The notes: generated by a model not told the origin, from the sequence alone. Positions 10,230-20,413 are shown, numbered from the stretch's first letter. The stretch: DNA of 64,000 bases from an uncultured Spirochaetota bacterium (GCA_963835575.1 CAWIGG010000002.1:928001-992000), one strand, 5' to 3'. Numbers and translations: made by a program.

Positions 10230-12284
10230 TTAACTCAGAAGGGCATTTTTCGGTTCGCCGAAATAATAACCCTGTGAAAAATTAACACCGAGTTCGCAAA
10301 CTTTATCAAAAACTTCCTTTGAGTGGACAAATTCCGCGATTGTTTTAATACCCAGCTTTTTTGTAAAATCAACTATTGTTTGAGTGATTATCTGGGCGTT
10401 GGAATCCTGATTGATATATTTAGTCAGAGACGCGTCAATTTTAATATAATCCACGTTTAGCTGAAGAATATGAGAGAAATTGGAATATCCGGTCCCGAAA
10501 TCGTCAATAGCTATCTTGCAGTTAAATTCCTTAATTTCATCAATGAAATTCTTCACCTGGGCATAGTTTTCTATACCTTCAGATTCAAGGATTTCAAAAA
10601 CAAGCCGCATGGCTGTTTTATGATTTTCTTTCAGCTTTTTAATTATAAACAAATTGGTTTCTTCATCCAGTATATCATCAACTGAGAGGTTAATTGAAAA
10701 TTCATACTCAGTGAAATTGAATTTTTCAATCGATTTATTAATCATGATCTTTGTTATATCATGGTATAATTTGGATTTTTTAGCCATATCCAGGAAAAGC
10801 AGGGGCGAATGAACGCGGCCTTCAAGATCAATCATACGGACCAGGCATTCATATTTATCGATTTTTGAGGTAAGGTTATTAAAAATCGGTTGAAAATACG
10901 GCACTATATTATTTTCTTTTATGGAATCTTTCAGCTTTTTCGCCCAGCTGATATTATATTCATACTCTTTTGATATCTGCATCGATTCGTTATAGATGAT
11001 ATAGTTTTTTCTCAGTCTTTTGGCTTTTTTAAGCGCCATATCGGCATTTAACGCGAGATGGTGCCATTTCCCTTTTGTTTTATGGTCTTCCTCAACATCG
11101 GTACCCATAGTGATTCCCATTGCAATGGTTATATGGACAATCGTGTCATTATAAATAAAATCTGTTTCGCTGATTTCTTCACGGAAAAGCTTCATCAGAA
11201 CAAGGATCATCTGCTCAAATTCATCACGGCTGATTGATTTATCCAATAGTATTGCGTATTCATCTGCCGGCATTTTATAGAGATGATAATCTTCTGAGGG
11301 CAGAATGGATTTCAATCTTCTTCCCATTTCCACAATGAGGAAATCCCCGATTTCATTCCCGTAAAAATCATTTATCTCCTGAAATGAATCAATATTGATA
11401 AGAACTAGGATAGGGGATTTGGTTTTTTCCACATCCTCTAATAATTTTCTTCTATTCGGCAGACCTGTCATTCTGTCTAAATAGAGTTGATTGATCAGTT
11501 CCTCTTTTTTTTCAATCAATTCGGTTATTTCATAACCGATGCACATAAATTCTTCGATTCTATAATGCGAATCGACAATTGGTATTATGGTTGTGTTTAT
11601 ATAATAAGTATGCCCGCTTTTATTATTTCCCTTGATTTCCCCTCTCCAGATATTTTTCTTGGCGGCTTCCTGGATGATATTATTAATGAAATCCTTTGAA
11701 TATTCAGGGTTGATAACCGACTGATACGATTTACCAATCACTTCTTCATTTTGAAAACCGCTGAGTATGCAGAAAGCGTCATTGGCATATGTTATTTGCC
11801 CTTTTGTATTAAATTTAGACACTATGCTGCTGGAATCGATCGCTTTTTTGTATTCTGAAAGTAATTTTGCGATATGCCTTAATTCCTGTTCCAGTGAGAA
11901 TACCTTCATGCAGTTTTCAACAGCCTGGATCAGCTTCTTTTCATCAACCGGCTTGAGTATGAAATGGTTTATCCCTAATTCTATGGAATCAAGAAGAAAT
12001 TGTATTTCGTTATAGGCTGTGACAATGATAAATGACACTTCATTATTAATAGCTTTAATCTGTTTGATCATCTCAAGCCCGTTTTTAACAGGCATTTTTA
12101 TGTCAGTGATGATTATATCGGGATGGTATTTTTTATAAAAGTCAAAACCTTCCTGGCCGTTTGAAGCGACATGGACTTTACTGACATACAGATTAAGGAA
12201 TTCCGCGATTCCGTTCCTTGTATCTTCATCATCTTCAACATAAAGAACCGCCACATCCAGTACTTTCCTTTTTTTCTCCGGCAT
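10230..12284 (-). CDS. REC-PAS-GGDEF(degenerate)-EAL protein, probable c-di-GMP phosphodiesterase
   Basis: VLYVEDD and ITDIKMP receiver; ITYANDAFC PAS; DRMTGLPNRR with PADEY in place of GGDEF; YECLVRM and DDFGTGYS EAL motifs intact. Confidence 0.9.
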   Translation of the reverse strand: MPEKKRKVLDVAVLYVEDDEDTRNGIAEFLNLYVSKVHVASNGQEGFDFYKKYHPDIIITDIKMPVKNGLEMIKQIKAINNEVSFIIVTAYNEIQFLLDSIELGINHFILKPVDEKKLIQAVENCMKVFSLEQELRHIAKLLSEYKKAIDSSSIVSKFNTKGQITYANDAFCILSGFQNEEVIGKSYQSVINPEYSKDFINNIIQEAAKKNIWRGEIKGNNKSGHTYYINTTIIPIVDSHYRIEEFMCIGYEITELIEKKEELINQLYLDRMTGLPNRRKLLEDVEKTKSPILVLINIDSFQEINDFYGNEIGDFLIVEMGRRLKSILPSEDYHLYKMPADEYAILLDKSISRDEFEQMILVLMKLFREEISETDFIYNDTIVHITIAMGITMGTDVEEDHKTKGKWHHLALNADMALKKAKRLRKNYIIYNESMQISKEYEYNISWAKKLKDSIKENNIVPYFQPIFNNLTSKIDKYECLVRMIDLEGRVHSPLLFLDMAKKSKLYHDITKIMINKSIEKFNFTEYEFSINLSVDDILDEETNLFIIKKLKENHKTAMRLVFEILESEGIENYAQVKNFIDEIKEFNCKIAIDDFGTGYSNFSHILQLNVDYIKIDASLTKYINQDSNAQIITQTIVDFTKKLGIKTIAEFVHSKEVFDKVCELGVNFSQGYYFGEPKNALLS

Positions 12285-12293
12285 TGAGAACTC

Positions 12294-13913
12294 CTACCTG
12301 TCCCTTTTATCGCAATATACTTTATAATCCATTTCCGGGAAAATATTGTCCAGGCTTTCCAGCTCTAAAAGCCATTTCTCATCGATTTTTTTTTCTTCAA
12401 TCATCTGTGCGAGCCTGTTAAACCGGAAAACATGCTCCTTTGTTCTTCTGACTGCGTAATCAGCCATTGTATTTGTTTTCATAATAAAAGCCCAATCGGA
12501 AGACTCCGCGAGTAGTAATTCCCTTGCCGCCTGGTTCAAAGTTCTTTTTATAAGTGGATTAGTAATTTTTATATATTTATTTGACAGTTCGATCATTTTT
12601 TCAGTTATTTTGTAAAGATGGCGGTAAATCCAGTCATTGGAATCATTAAGCCAGAATTCATTATAGCCTCTATATCCCCAGCTGGACATGGGCGGTGTAG
12701 CGGTCTGATTATCCGGGTATTTTTTCAGGTATTCTGAAGGGGTAATAGTGCCGACTATTTTACTCTTATTCATAAGATTCAGCACATTATAAATAAATTC
12801 AGGGCCTTCATACCACCAGTGCCCGAATAATTCGGAATCATAAAGCGATACAATGACAGGTTCACGATCCATATTGATTGAGATATTTTGTATTTGTTCC
12901 TCTCTTCTAAAAACAAAATGCACGGCATGCTCGGCTGCTTTCAGCAGTGCTTTTTGAGGGTCATAAGCTTGTTTGTATTCCATGGGAGTTTCTTTGCTTG
13001 TGATTTTGTGGTACTTTATGCCTGTGGAAATTCTTAAACCGCTTTCATGAATATAAGGTTTAATATAATCATAATCAAGATCGAACCCAATGTCCCTGTA
13101 AAATTCCCTGTAATTGGGATCGCCCGGATAGCCGTCCTTGGCGCTCCAGACGGATTGAGAGGTTTCCATGTCCCTTCCGAAATAGGCTATATTATTTTGA
13201 GTGACTAATGGCGCAAAAACGCCGTATTTCGGATAATGGTCGGCATAGAGCATGGCATGGGTATCGACAAAAAAATACTTGATGCCGCCTTCTTTAAGAA
13301 TATCCTCCAGGCCGGGGTAGTATCCGCATTCGCTGTTCCACATTCCTTTCGGCTTTATTCCGAAATGCCTTTTATAGTCCTTTATTCCCGTAAGGACCTG
13401 GCCGCGTACCGCGTTGGGATAGGAACTCATCAGCGGAAGATAGCCATGCGTGGCGCCTGATGTGATTATTTCAATATTTCCGAGTTCCTGGAATTTTTTA
13501 AAGCCTTTCAGAAGATTTTTCTGGTATTTATTTATATAGATATCATTTGCTTTTTTAAATTTATCAAGGTACAAAACGGCTGTTCTGTTCAGTTCCGGAA
13601 CATATTGCGTTCGAAGCTCTTCCTTTTCGGCTAATTCTATCAGGTTTTCCAGATGCCTGGCAGCCCTTTCCTGAAGAAGGGGATCCGTCAGCATGTTGCA
13701 GAGAGGGGGTGTTAAAGAAAGAGTTATTTTAAAATTCACGTTTTCATTTATCAATCTTTCAAAAACATCAAGAAGGGGAATATAAGTTTCTGTTATTGCT
13801 TCGTAGAGCCATCTCTCTTCCAGAGAATCATTATATTCCGGATGCCTGACAAAGGGAAGGTGAGAATGGAGTACCAACATCCAATAACCATGCGGGTGTC
13901 TCATTGTTGGCAT
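12294..13913 (-). CDS. GH57 family 1,4-alpha-glucan branching enzyme (DUF1957)
   Basis: LHSHLPFV, ETYIPL, THGYLP, WNSECGY (nucleophile), YDSELFGHWWYEG (acid/base) and AESSDWAF conserved regions. Confidence 0.93.
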   Translation of the reverse strand: MPTMRHPHGYWMLVLHSHLPFVRHPEYNDSLEERWLYEAITETYIPLLDVFERLINENVNFKITLSLTPPLCNMLTDPLLQERAARHLENLIELAEKEELRTQYVPELNRTAVLYLDKFKKANDIYINKYQKNLLKGFKKFQELGNIEIITSGATHGYLPLMSSYPNAVRGQVLTGIKDYKRHFGIKPKGMWNSECGYYPGLEDILKEGGIKYFFVDTHAMLYADHYPKYGVFAPLVTQNNIAYFGRDMETSQSVWSAKDGYPGDPNYREFYRDIGFDLDYDYIKPYIHESGLRISTGIKYHKITSKETPMEYKQAYDPQKALLKAAEHAVHFVFRREEQIQNISINMDREPVIVSLYDSELFGHWWYEGPEFIYNVLNLMNKSKIVGTITPSEYLKKYPDNQTATPPMSSWGYRGYNEFWLNDSNDWIYRHLYKITEKMIELSNKYIKITNPLIKRTLNQAARELLLAESSDWAFIMKTNTMADYAVRRTKEHVFRFNRLAQMIEEKKIDEKWLLELESLDNIFPEMDYKVYCDKRDR

Positions 13914-13942
13914 GAAGAACCTCTTTTAAATATTAACCACTA

Positions 13943-13970
13943 ATCATAATATAATTTGAATAATTGTCAA
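13943..13970 (-). promoter_or_regulatory. Sigma70-type promoter for the GH57-EAL-TPR-miaB run
   Basis: Minus strand TTGACA-N16-TATGAT just upstream of the GH57 start. Confidence 0.55.
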
Positions 13971-13995
13971 CATATAGAAAATTTTCATTGCTTGT

Positions 13996-15084
13996 TTAGT
14001 AACTGCCTTTTGCGTATGAGCCTAATACTTTGAGGAAGACGGACTGCTCTTTAACCTTTTCAAGCGCTTTCTTGACGCCCGGATTTTCAACACCGCCTTC
14101 CAGATCAATAAAGAATAAATAATCCCATGGTCTCCTTTTTGAAGGACGGGATTCGATTTTAGAAAGGTTAATATTATAAACCTGGAAGGGCAATAGAAGT
14201 TCAAGAAGGGCTCCGGGCTTATCTTTGACTGAGACAAGCACGGAAGTTTTTTCGGGGTTTTCAAAAGTGTGCTTATTATTGGCAATGATCCAGAAACGTG
14301 TATAATTTTCGGGATTGTCTTCAATATTTTCAGACAGAATATTAAGTTTGTATTTATCAGCGGCAATGGAACTCGCTATGGCTGCCGAAAATTTCTCCCA
14401 CGGGACCATACTGGCGGCTTTAGCGTTACTGGAAACTTCTATTTTCTCTACATTCGGCATATTGGTTTCCAGCCATGTGCGGCATTGTCCGAAAGATTGC
14501 GGATGGGAATAGATACGCTTTATTTCAGACAATGTATTGACGTTGGCCAGCAAATTTTGATGTACATTGAGAAATTCCTCGCCTATGACAACAAGAGGTG
14601 AATCGACAAACTCGTCCAGGGTTTCCTTGACAGGCCCGTCAAGCGAATTTTCTATCGGTACGACGCCGAAGTCCATTTTTCCATTTTCCACTTCCTTGAA
14701 TATATCAGGTATAGTTGCAACAGGCTTCATGATAATTGAGCTTCCAAAATGCTTGCGGACAGCCTGTTCTGTAAAAGTGCCTTCCGGGCCCAGATAAGAT
14801 ACTACAATCGGTTCTTCCAATGCCCTTGCCGCAGACACGATTTCTGTAAAAATCTGCAGGAGCGAAGAAGTGGGAAATTCTTTTTTTGATCTGGATAAAG
14901 CCAGGGCTTTGACTTCTTTTTCTCTTTCAGGCTGATAAATAGGAATATTATTCGCTTTTTTATAATCGCCGATTTCTTTTACAATTTTTGCCCTTTCGTC
15001 TAAAAGCTCCACCAATTTAGTATCGATTTTATCGATTTTATCCCTGAATTCTTTTAACGGATTGACGCTTTTTTTTACCGGCAT
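13996..15084 (-). CDS. pheA: Chorismate mutase/prephenate dehydratase
   Basis: RDKIDKID chorismate mutase domain; YLGPEGTFT, VVPIENS, SHPQSFGQC, NYTRF and SKIESRP ACT motifs. Confidence 0.96.
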   Translation of the reverse strand: MPVKKSVNPLKEFRDKIDKIDTKLVELLDERAKIVKEIGDYKKANNIPIYQPEREKEVKALALSRSKKEFPTSSLLQIFTEIVSAARALEEPIVVSYLGPEGTFTEQAVRKHFGSSIIMKPVATIPDIFKEVENGKMDFGVVPIENSLDGPVKETLDEFVDSPLVVIGEEFLNVHQNLLANVNTLSEIKRIYSHPQSFGQCRTWLETNMPNVEKIEVSSNAKAASMVPWEKFSAAIASSIAADKYKLNILSENIEDNPENYTRFWIIANNKHTFENPEKTSVLVSVKDKPGALLELLLPFQVYNINLSKIESRPSKRRPWDYLFFIDLEGGVENPGVKKALEKVKEQSVFLKVLGSYAKGSY

Positions 15085-15099
15085 GGTGTCTCCTTTTTT

Positions 15100-15738
15100 T
15101 TACCCTTTATAAGGGATGGCGGTATTTTCATTCTCTTCATCGCTTTGTTCTTCACTGTTAAACGAGTTTTCAATATTTTCCATTATTTTATTGAATTCTA
15201 TGCTGTTCAGCGACGGCAGGTCTTCCAGGCTTTTTATTCGGAAGAATTCTAAAAACCGGTCCGTTGTCGTATATATAGGCGATTTGATTATATCATCCGC
15301 GCTTCCGCTGATTGTGATCAGCTTCAAAGTAATAAGAGTGTTTACGCTGCGGGTGCTTGATACCCCTCTGATTTTATCAATATCATCCTTGGATATGGGC
15401 TGTTTATAGGCCACAATGGCCAGAGTTTCCAGGCAGCTCTTCGGAAGGACGTTTTCATTTCTTTTTCCGAATAACTCCTCAAGCTCATCGCGGTAATAAG
15501 GGTTTGATACGATCTGACAGCCCCCGGCCACAGGGATGATATGAAAGCCGTTTTTTCTTGAATCATATTCCGTGTTCAGCTCATCTATCAAAGACATGAT
15601 ATCTTCTTTTGTCGCTTCGAATATTCGCTGGAGTTCTTCAAGTTGTATTGATTTACCTCTAACGAATAGAATGGCTTCAAATAGACCCTTCAGCTCGCTC
15701 CGGGAATATGTTTTATTAATAAATAAAGAATTGTTCAT
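15100..15738 (-). CDS. scpB: SMC-Scp complex subunit ScpB
   Basis: FEAILF, LETLAIVAYKQPIS, IRGVSS, YTTTDRFLEFF...LEDLP. Confidence 0.93.
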   Translation of the reverse strand: MNNSLFINKTYSRSELKGLFEAILFVRGKSIQLEELQRIFEATKEDIMSLIDELNTEYDSRKNGFHIIPVAGGCQIVSNPYYRDELEELFGKRNENVLPKSCLETLAIVAYKQPISKDDIDKIRGVSSTRSVNTLITLKLITISGSADDIIKSPIYTTTDRFLEFFRIKSLEDLPSLNSIEFNKIMENIENSFNSEEQSDEENENTAIPYKG

Positions 15739-15750
15739 TCTGTAAACCTC

Positions 15751-16497
15751 TTATAATAAATCTGTGTCTTTTTTAATAATGTCTATATCAGCAAAAAGCT
15801 CAAGCTGTCTGAGCATTACCTTTTGCCGGAAACTGAGTTCCAGTCCGCCGAGAAATGATGCGACCTTGTCAACTTTAGTTTTTTCCATTTCGGCTATTTC
15901 ACTGAATTTTATCATTTTTCTGATATTGAGCAGATTTAAAATTTTTATCATTTTTTCTTCTACGCTGACTTCTCTTCTTTTTATTGGAATCGGCTTGCGT
16001 ATAATAGCGCCCTTATACCGCAGGAGGGCCTGGATCAAATCGCCTATTGTCAGTTTATCCATTGCATCTGCCGGTATTGCTGATAATGTATTTCCAGCCG
16101 GGTTCAATGTATAATCGCGGGAATAATAGATATCACCGGCTTCCTTTAGATGCCAAAGATACCGCGCCAGGTATTTGAATTTTTTATACTCCTTGAGCTT
16201 TTCAAGCAGGTCCTTTTCATCCAGAATTTCATCAATATCCTCATCCTTGCTGTTTGGAAGCAGCTTTTTGGTTTTAATATAAACAAGGGTTGCCGCAATA
16301 ACAAAAAATTCCGAGGCAACATCGACATTGAATAGCTGCATGGCTTTCAAATAGATAAGATATTGATCGGTAATACTGGAAAGAGAGATTTCCGTAATAT
16401 CCATTTTCTCATTATGAATCAATTCCAGAAGCAGGTCCATAGGCCCTTCAAAATTTTTCAAGGTCAGGTTGCAGCCCTTTCTCATTACTCCCAGCAT
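15751..16497 (-). CDS. scpA: Segregation and condensation protein A
   Basis: FEGPMDLLLELI, ITDQYL, SEFFVIAATLVYIK and FLGGLEL; adjacent to scpB. Confidence 0.92.
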   Translation of the reverse strand: MLGVMRKGCNLTLKNFEGPMDLLLELIHNEKMDITEISLSSITDQYLIYLKAMQLFNVDVASEFFVIAATLVYIKTKKLLPNSKDEDIDEILDEKDLLEKLKEYKKFKYLARYLWHLKEAGDIYYSRDYTLNPAGNTLSAIPADAMDKLTIGDLIQALLRYKGAIIRKPIPIKRREVSVEEKMIKILNLLNIRKMIKFSEIAEMEKTKVDKVASFLGGLELSFRQKVMLRQLELFADIDIIKKDTDLL

Positions 16498-16498
16498 A

Positions 16499-17518
16499 TT
16501 AACTCCCGTAGCGGACTTTTGATGAAAGTCCTATCGCTTCACGCACTTCTTCCATTGTTTTCCTAGCCTCTTCTCCGGCTTTTTTTGCGCCGGCTTTTAA
16601 AATATCATAAATTTTACTTCGATCTTTGACCAATTCCGCTCTTTTTTTCCGGTAATCGGCAAAATAATCCAGTAGAACCGTTATCAGCTTTTTCTTATCA
16701 TCAACACAGCCCATAGCGGAGGATTCACAGTCGCTTCTGATTGTATCAATAAATTTTTTATCCTGACAGAAAGCGAGGTAATAGGGGAAAAGGTTGCATT
16801 CATCGGGATGCCCGGGATCTTTTTTCAAAGCCCGTTTGACATCGGTAACCATTGTCATCACTTTCTTTTTTATAGTTTCTTCATCATCCGAAAGGTAGAT
16901 GGCATTATTATAGGATTTGCTCATTTTTCTTCCGTCAAGGCCGTTCAGTTTTGCGACCTGCGCTAATATCGGCTTGGGTTCAATAAGGACATCTTTCTCA
17001 TAAATATAATTAAACCGTCTGATGATTTCACGGCTTATCTCCAGATGCGGCACCTGGTCTTTTCCAACGGGGACAGCATCGCCTTTGTATAGGGCAATAT
17101 CAGCCGTCTGAAGGACGGGATATCCCAAAAATCCGAGATTGTCCAGGTCCTTGCCCTTTATTTCATCCATTTTTTCTTTGTATGTAGGGTTCCTTTCAAG
17201 CCAGGGAACCGGTGTGATCATAGATAGAAGTGTATACAATTCGCAATGTTCAGGTATGTCGGACTGGAGGAACAAGACTGATTTATCGGGATCAATTCCC
17301 AAAGCCAGCCAGTCGACCACCATCTGGAAAATATATTCCGTAATCTCTTTTTTGTAGCCGCTCTGATTTGAAGTGAGAGAATGCAGATCGGCTATGAAAT
17401 AATAGGTTTCCGGTTTCAGTTTTTCATCATTCTGAAGTTTTACCCAATTCTGCAGCGCCCCGATATAATTACCAAGGTGCAGATAGCCTGTCGGCTGCAT
17501 TCCGCTTAATATACGCAT
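16499..17518 (-). CDS. trpS: Tryptophan--tRNA ligase
   Basis: MRILSGMQPTGYLHLGNY (HIGH), YPVLQTADI, VPVGKDQ and KMSKS; start moved to ATG 17518, which follows GGAGAG. Confidence 0.97.
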   Translation of the reverse strand: MRILSGMQPTGYLHLGNYIGALQNWVKLQNDEKLKPETYYFIADLHSLTSNQSGYKKEITEYIFQMVVDWLALGIDPDKSVLFLQSDIPEHCELYTLLSMITPVPWLERNPTYKEKMDEIKGKDLDNLGFLGYPVLQTADIALYKGDAVPVGKDQVPHLEISREIIRRFNYIYEKDVLIEPKPILAQVAKLNGLDGRKMSKSYNNAIYLSDDEETIKKKVMTMVTDVKRALKKDPGHPDECNLFPYYLAFCQDKKFIDTIRSDCESSAMGCVDDKKKLITVLLDYFADYRKKRAELVKDRSKIYDILKAGAKKAGEEARKTMEEVREAIGLSSKVRYGS

Positions 17519-17670
17519 GATACTCTCCGCTATATATAGCCCGTTTAAACAGCAAGTTATGCTGAATCCGCGTGCTTGTTTAATTTCAAAGGTATTCAAA
17601 AACCAGCAAATACTTGAAATCCGGGAACATCTTTGTTCCAGTTCCAAAAACCGGGTTTATTGGAACGCTC

Positions 17671-18231
17671 TTAATAATATTTCATTTGAAATGTATAATT
17701 ATCTTTAAACATAACCGTTAAAAAGAAAAAATTGTCCAGCAGGTCTTTTTCTTTATTGCCCCAATGAATATCCACCGCAATATCCGGGCTGATATTTAAA
17801 CCCTTTTTTTTCCAATCATTAAAAGCCCGGTCATAATCTGCAACTTCGCCGTATTCATTTTTATCATACAGGCTGTTAAATAAATTAAATGCTTTAATAA
17901 TATTCTCAAGCATTAAAACCGCATCTTTAATTGAATATTGAAATTCTATAACAAATGATTTATTAAAACAATATTTAACTTCGCTGAAATAATCATCTTT
18001 ATATAATATATTGAATAAAATCTGGTTTTTTTCTATTGCCCGGGAGCTGGTACCCCAGTGCATACGTATAGGTATTCCATTGTATCTCCGGCTCATATCC
18101 TTTGCCCAGCGAAAAAAAATCATATCATATTCAGCCGTTGTGGATTTTGCATGAGAGTCAAAATGCTCATTGAGTATCCTGAACTCATTGATAATCAGCT
18201 TAAAGACAGTTAAAAATTCCTCAAGCTTCAC
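17671..18231 (-). CDS. Hypothetical protein with two internal ~90-aa repeats
   Basis: GTG start with GAGGA RBS; YD..F..W...HWG...YKDDY matches YD..F..W...HWG...FKDNY. Confidence 0.6.
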   Translation of the reverse strand: MKLEEFLTVFKLIINEFRILNEHFDSHAKSTTAEYDMIFFRWAKDMSRRYNGIPIRMHWGTSSRAIEKNQILFNILYKDDYFSEVKYCFNKSFVIEFQYSIKDAVLMLENIIKAFNLFNSLYDKNEYGEVADYDRAFNDWKKKGLNISPDIAVDIHWGNKEKDLLDNFFFLTVMFKDNYTFQMKYY

Positions 18232-18275
18232 AAATAATTATCCTCTATTTGTTTTTAATTACGACCGGGTTTCAC

Positions 18276-18488
18276 ATATGGGCAGTTCCAAAAACTCAAA
18301 ATCAATCAGATATTTCCAACATAGGTTTTGGAACTGCCCCGGTTATAGAATTCTCTTGTAAATTTAATTGGCGCTACCGTATAGAGTTCGATGGTTGATG
18401 ATCTTTTCAGACAGCGAACTCGGGCGGTAGCATGAACTCATATAATAGCGGCAGTTCTAAATATTTGAGTTTTTAGAACTGCCCATAT
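18276..18488. mobile_element. MITE-like element with 25-bp terminal inverted repeats
   Basis: ATATGGGCAGTTCCAAAAACTCAAA ... TTTGAGTTTTTAGAACTGCCCATAT (1 mismatch); internal sub-hairpins. Confidence 0.65.
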
Positions 18489-18537
18489 TATAAATTATAT
18501 TAAAAATTCCTTCAATAATCTGAATATGAAGAAGTGT

Positions 18538-19713
18538 CTAAATGGATCTTTTATAAAGAGACCTGAGAAATTTCTCTTTCGCTTCCGAAAGTTCAACATT
18601 TCTACGGAGCATAATCTTTCTGGTATCATCAATAAAGCGGTCTATATCATATTTATTGTTTGAACCCCAGCTGAAAGGCGGGGTATAGGCAGGCAGTTTC
18701 CCATTTTCTGAAAAAAGATTGCAGGCCTGGGATATGACTGTACCGGTATTCAGCATTGTACCAATCCCGATTTTTGTATAATCGCCAATGATTGAACCGA
18801 ATTTGTTCGTCCCGGTATCAATCGTGGCTTCTTTTATCTTAATCCTTATATTACCATAGTTGTTCTTAAGATCGCTGGTTGTCGCCATGGCCCCGATATT
18901 AACCCATTCACCGGCATAAGAATGGCCCAGAAAGCCTTCATGATGCTTATTGGAATAATTTTCGACTATAGAGCTTTCAACCTCGCCGCCTATCCGGCAG
19001 ACATCCTTGATTGTTGTGCCGCTTCTGATTTTACCGCTGTCAATGAGTGAATTTTTACCTATATAAGACGGGCCGTCTATAAGTGAGAAAGACCTGACCT
19101 GGGCGCCTTTATCGATAATAATAGGTCCATTATCAGGCTGAAGGGAAACATATTGCTGGATCCTGGCTGTTTTATCGATATAAATACGGTTCTCGGGTGA
19201 AATAAAATTCGTGTCGTTTTTAATGAGAAAAGAATCATATTCTATTGCTTTCGAGTTATTTTTAATAATATCGGTAAGATCGTTCAGGTATATCCCGCTT
19301 TCAATTTCTATAACAGGATATTGTGTGAGAAGGGCGGAAATATCATTATTTATGATTCTTTCGATTAAAGAAAGTTTGATTTCCTCAAGATGTAAATAGA
19401 TAAATTTACCTTCCTTGGTAATCGCGATCTTCTTCATCTGAGGGGAGAGATTTTCGCTGGGAATATACTGAGCGTTGACTACTGTATTAATAGTTTGATT
19501 GGGATTATGATAAATATTCTTTAAAAGTTCTTCCTTAAGAAAAGAAAAAGGCTCTTCTTCAAAACGCAGGGAATATACATTAATATCATGAAATTGTCTC
19601 TTATATCTCTGATATGGAGTAAAAATACCGCAAGTAACATCCCAGATTGGTTTAGAGCTGGTTATAGGAATAAATTTTTTATAATCAAGGCTTTCAATCA
19701 GCAAAACGGGCAT
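18538..19713 (-). CDS. GlmU-related putative sugar nucleotidyl/acyltransferase (hexapeptide repeats)
   Basis: PITSSKPIWDVTCGI N-terminus; GPIII, GPSYIG, IGGEVESS, SNKHHEGFLGHSYAGEWVNIGA and SDLKNNY; start set at ATG 19713 after AGGAGG. Confidence 0.8.
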   Translation of the reverse strand: MPVLLIESLDYKKFIPITSSKPIWDVTCGIFTPYQRYKRQFHDINVYSLRFEEEPFSFLKEELLKNIYHNPNQTINTVVNAQYIPSENLSPQMKKIAITKEGKFIYLHLEEIKLSLIERIINNDISALLTQYPVIEIESGIYLNDLTDIIKNNSKAIEYDSFLIKNDTNFISPENRIYIDKTARIQQYVSLQPDNGPIIIDKGAQVRSFSLIDGPSYIGKNSLIDSGKIRSGTTIKDVCRIGGEVESSIVENYSNKHHEGFLGHSYAGEWVNIGAMATTSDLKNNYGNIRIKIKEATIDTGTNKFGSIIGDYTKIGIGTMLNTGTVISQACNLFSENGKLPAYTPPFSWGSNNKYDIDRFIDDTRKIMLRRNVELSEAKEKFLRSLYKRSI

Positions 19714-19749
19714 AGCGCCTCCTGAATGATCTTTCAATAGACTTCATAT

Positions 19750-20286
19750 TTAAAACAATTGATTCTTTATAAATATATCATAATCTTTTTGAGCAAAAAA
19801 TATTAAATGGATAATTAATTCTGTTTTATTCTCAGAAATGAAATTCTTTAATGTTTCCGAGACTATTCCAGCGGCTCTTTCGGCAGGAAATCCGTAAATA
19901 CCTGTTGATATGGCGGGAAAAGCGATGGATTTGCAGTTCAGCCGTACAGCCTCTTTCAATGAATTAAAATAAGAATTTCTCAGAAGTTCATCTTCGTTTT
20001 GAGAACCGTCATGCCACACAGGGCCGACAGCGTGTATCACCCATTTTGCCGGAAGAAGACCGGCTGTTGTCGCAGCGGCTTTGCCGGCCGGTAAGCCGTC
20101 AGGATAGAGATTTTTTCTAATATTCCGGCATTCCTCTAAAATTCCCGGCCCGCCTTTTCTGTGTATAGCCCCGTCGACACCCCCGCCGCCCATCAAGCTT
20201 GAATTGGCCGCGTTGACTATAGCATCGGCCTTCTGTTCTGTAATATCGCCGACGGAAGCGATAACCTGATCGTTTAAATATTTCAT
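19750..20286 (-). CDS. Macro-domain O-acetyl-ADP-ribose deacetylase (YmdB-like)
   Basis: GDIT, DAIVNAANSSLMGGGGVDGAIH, VIHAVGP and FPAISTGIYGFP; start trimmed to ATG 20286 because the upstream extension is repeat-derived. Confidence 0.92.
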   Translation of the reverse strand: MKYLNDQVIASVGDITEQKADAIVNAANSSLMGGGGVDGAIHRKGGPGILEECRNIRKNLYPDGLPAGKAAATTAGLLPAKWVIHAVGPVWHDGSQNEDELLRNSYFNSLKEAVRLNCKSIAFPAISTGIYGFPAERAAGIVSETLKNFISENKTELIIHLIFFAQKDYDIFIKNQLF

Positions 20287-20318
20287 TATTAAACCTTTAC
20301 ATTGTTGTTCAGTGTTTT

Positions 20319-20379
20319 GCAGTCCCTCACCATTTTGAGAGTTCCCCTCGTTCAGCTTGACAAAAAGGTGAGGAACTGC
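20319..20379. repeat. Palindromic repeat (GCAGT.CC...GGAACTGC family)
   Basis: GCAGTCCCTCACCATTTT / AAAAAGGTGAGGAACTGC, 16/18 complementary. Confidence 0.55.
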
Positions 20380-20413
20380 GGCATTTAAATTAACCAAAAA
20401 GTTTATTAAACCC

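Noticed and set aside
17519..17647. 43-aa N-terminal extension of TrpS in the ORF track
   Set aside because: The canonical start MRILSG has its own RBS; the extension begins in repeat-derived sequence.
20287..20397. N-terminal extension of the macro-domain protein
   Set aside because: Encoded by a palindromic repeat in the leader; the domain begins at MKYLN.
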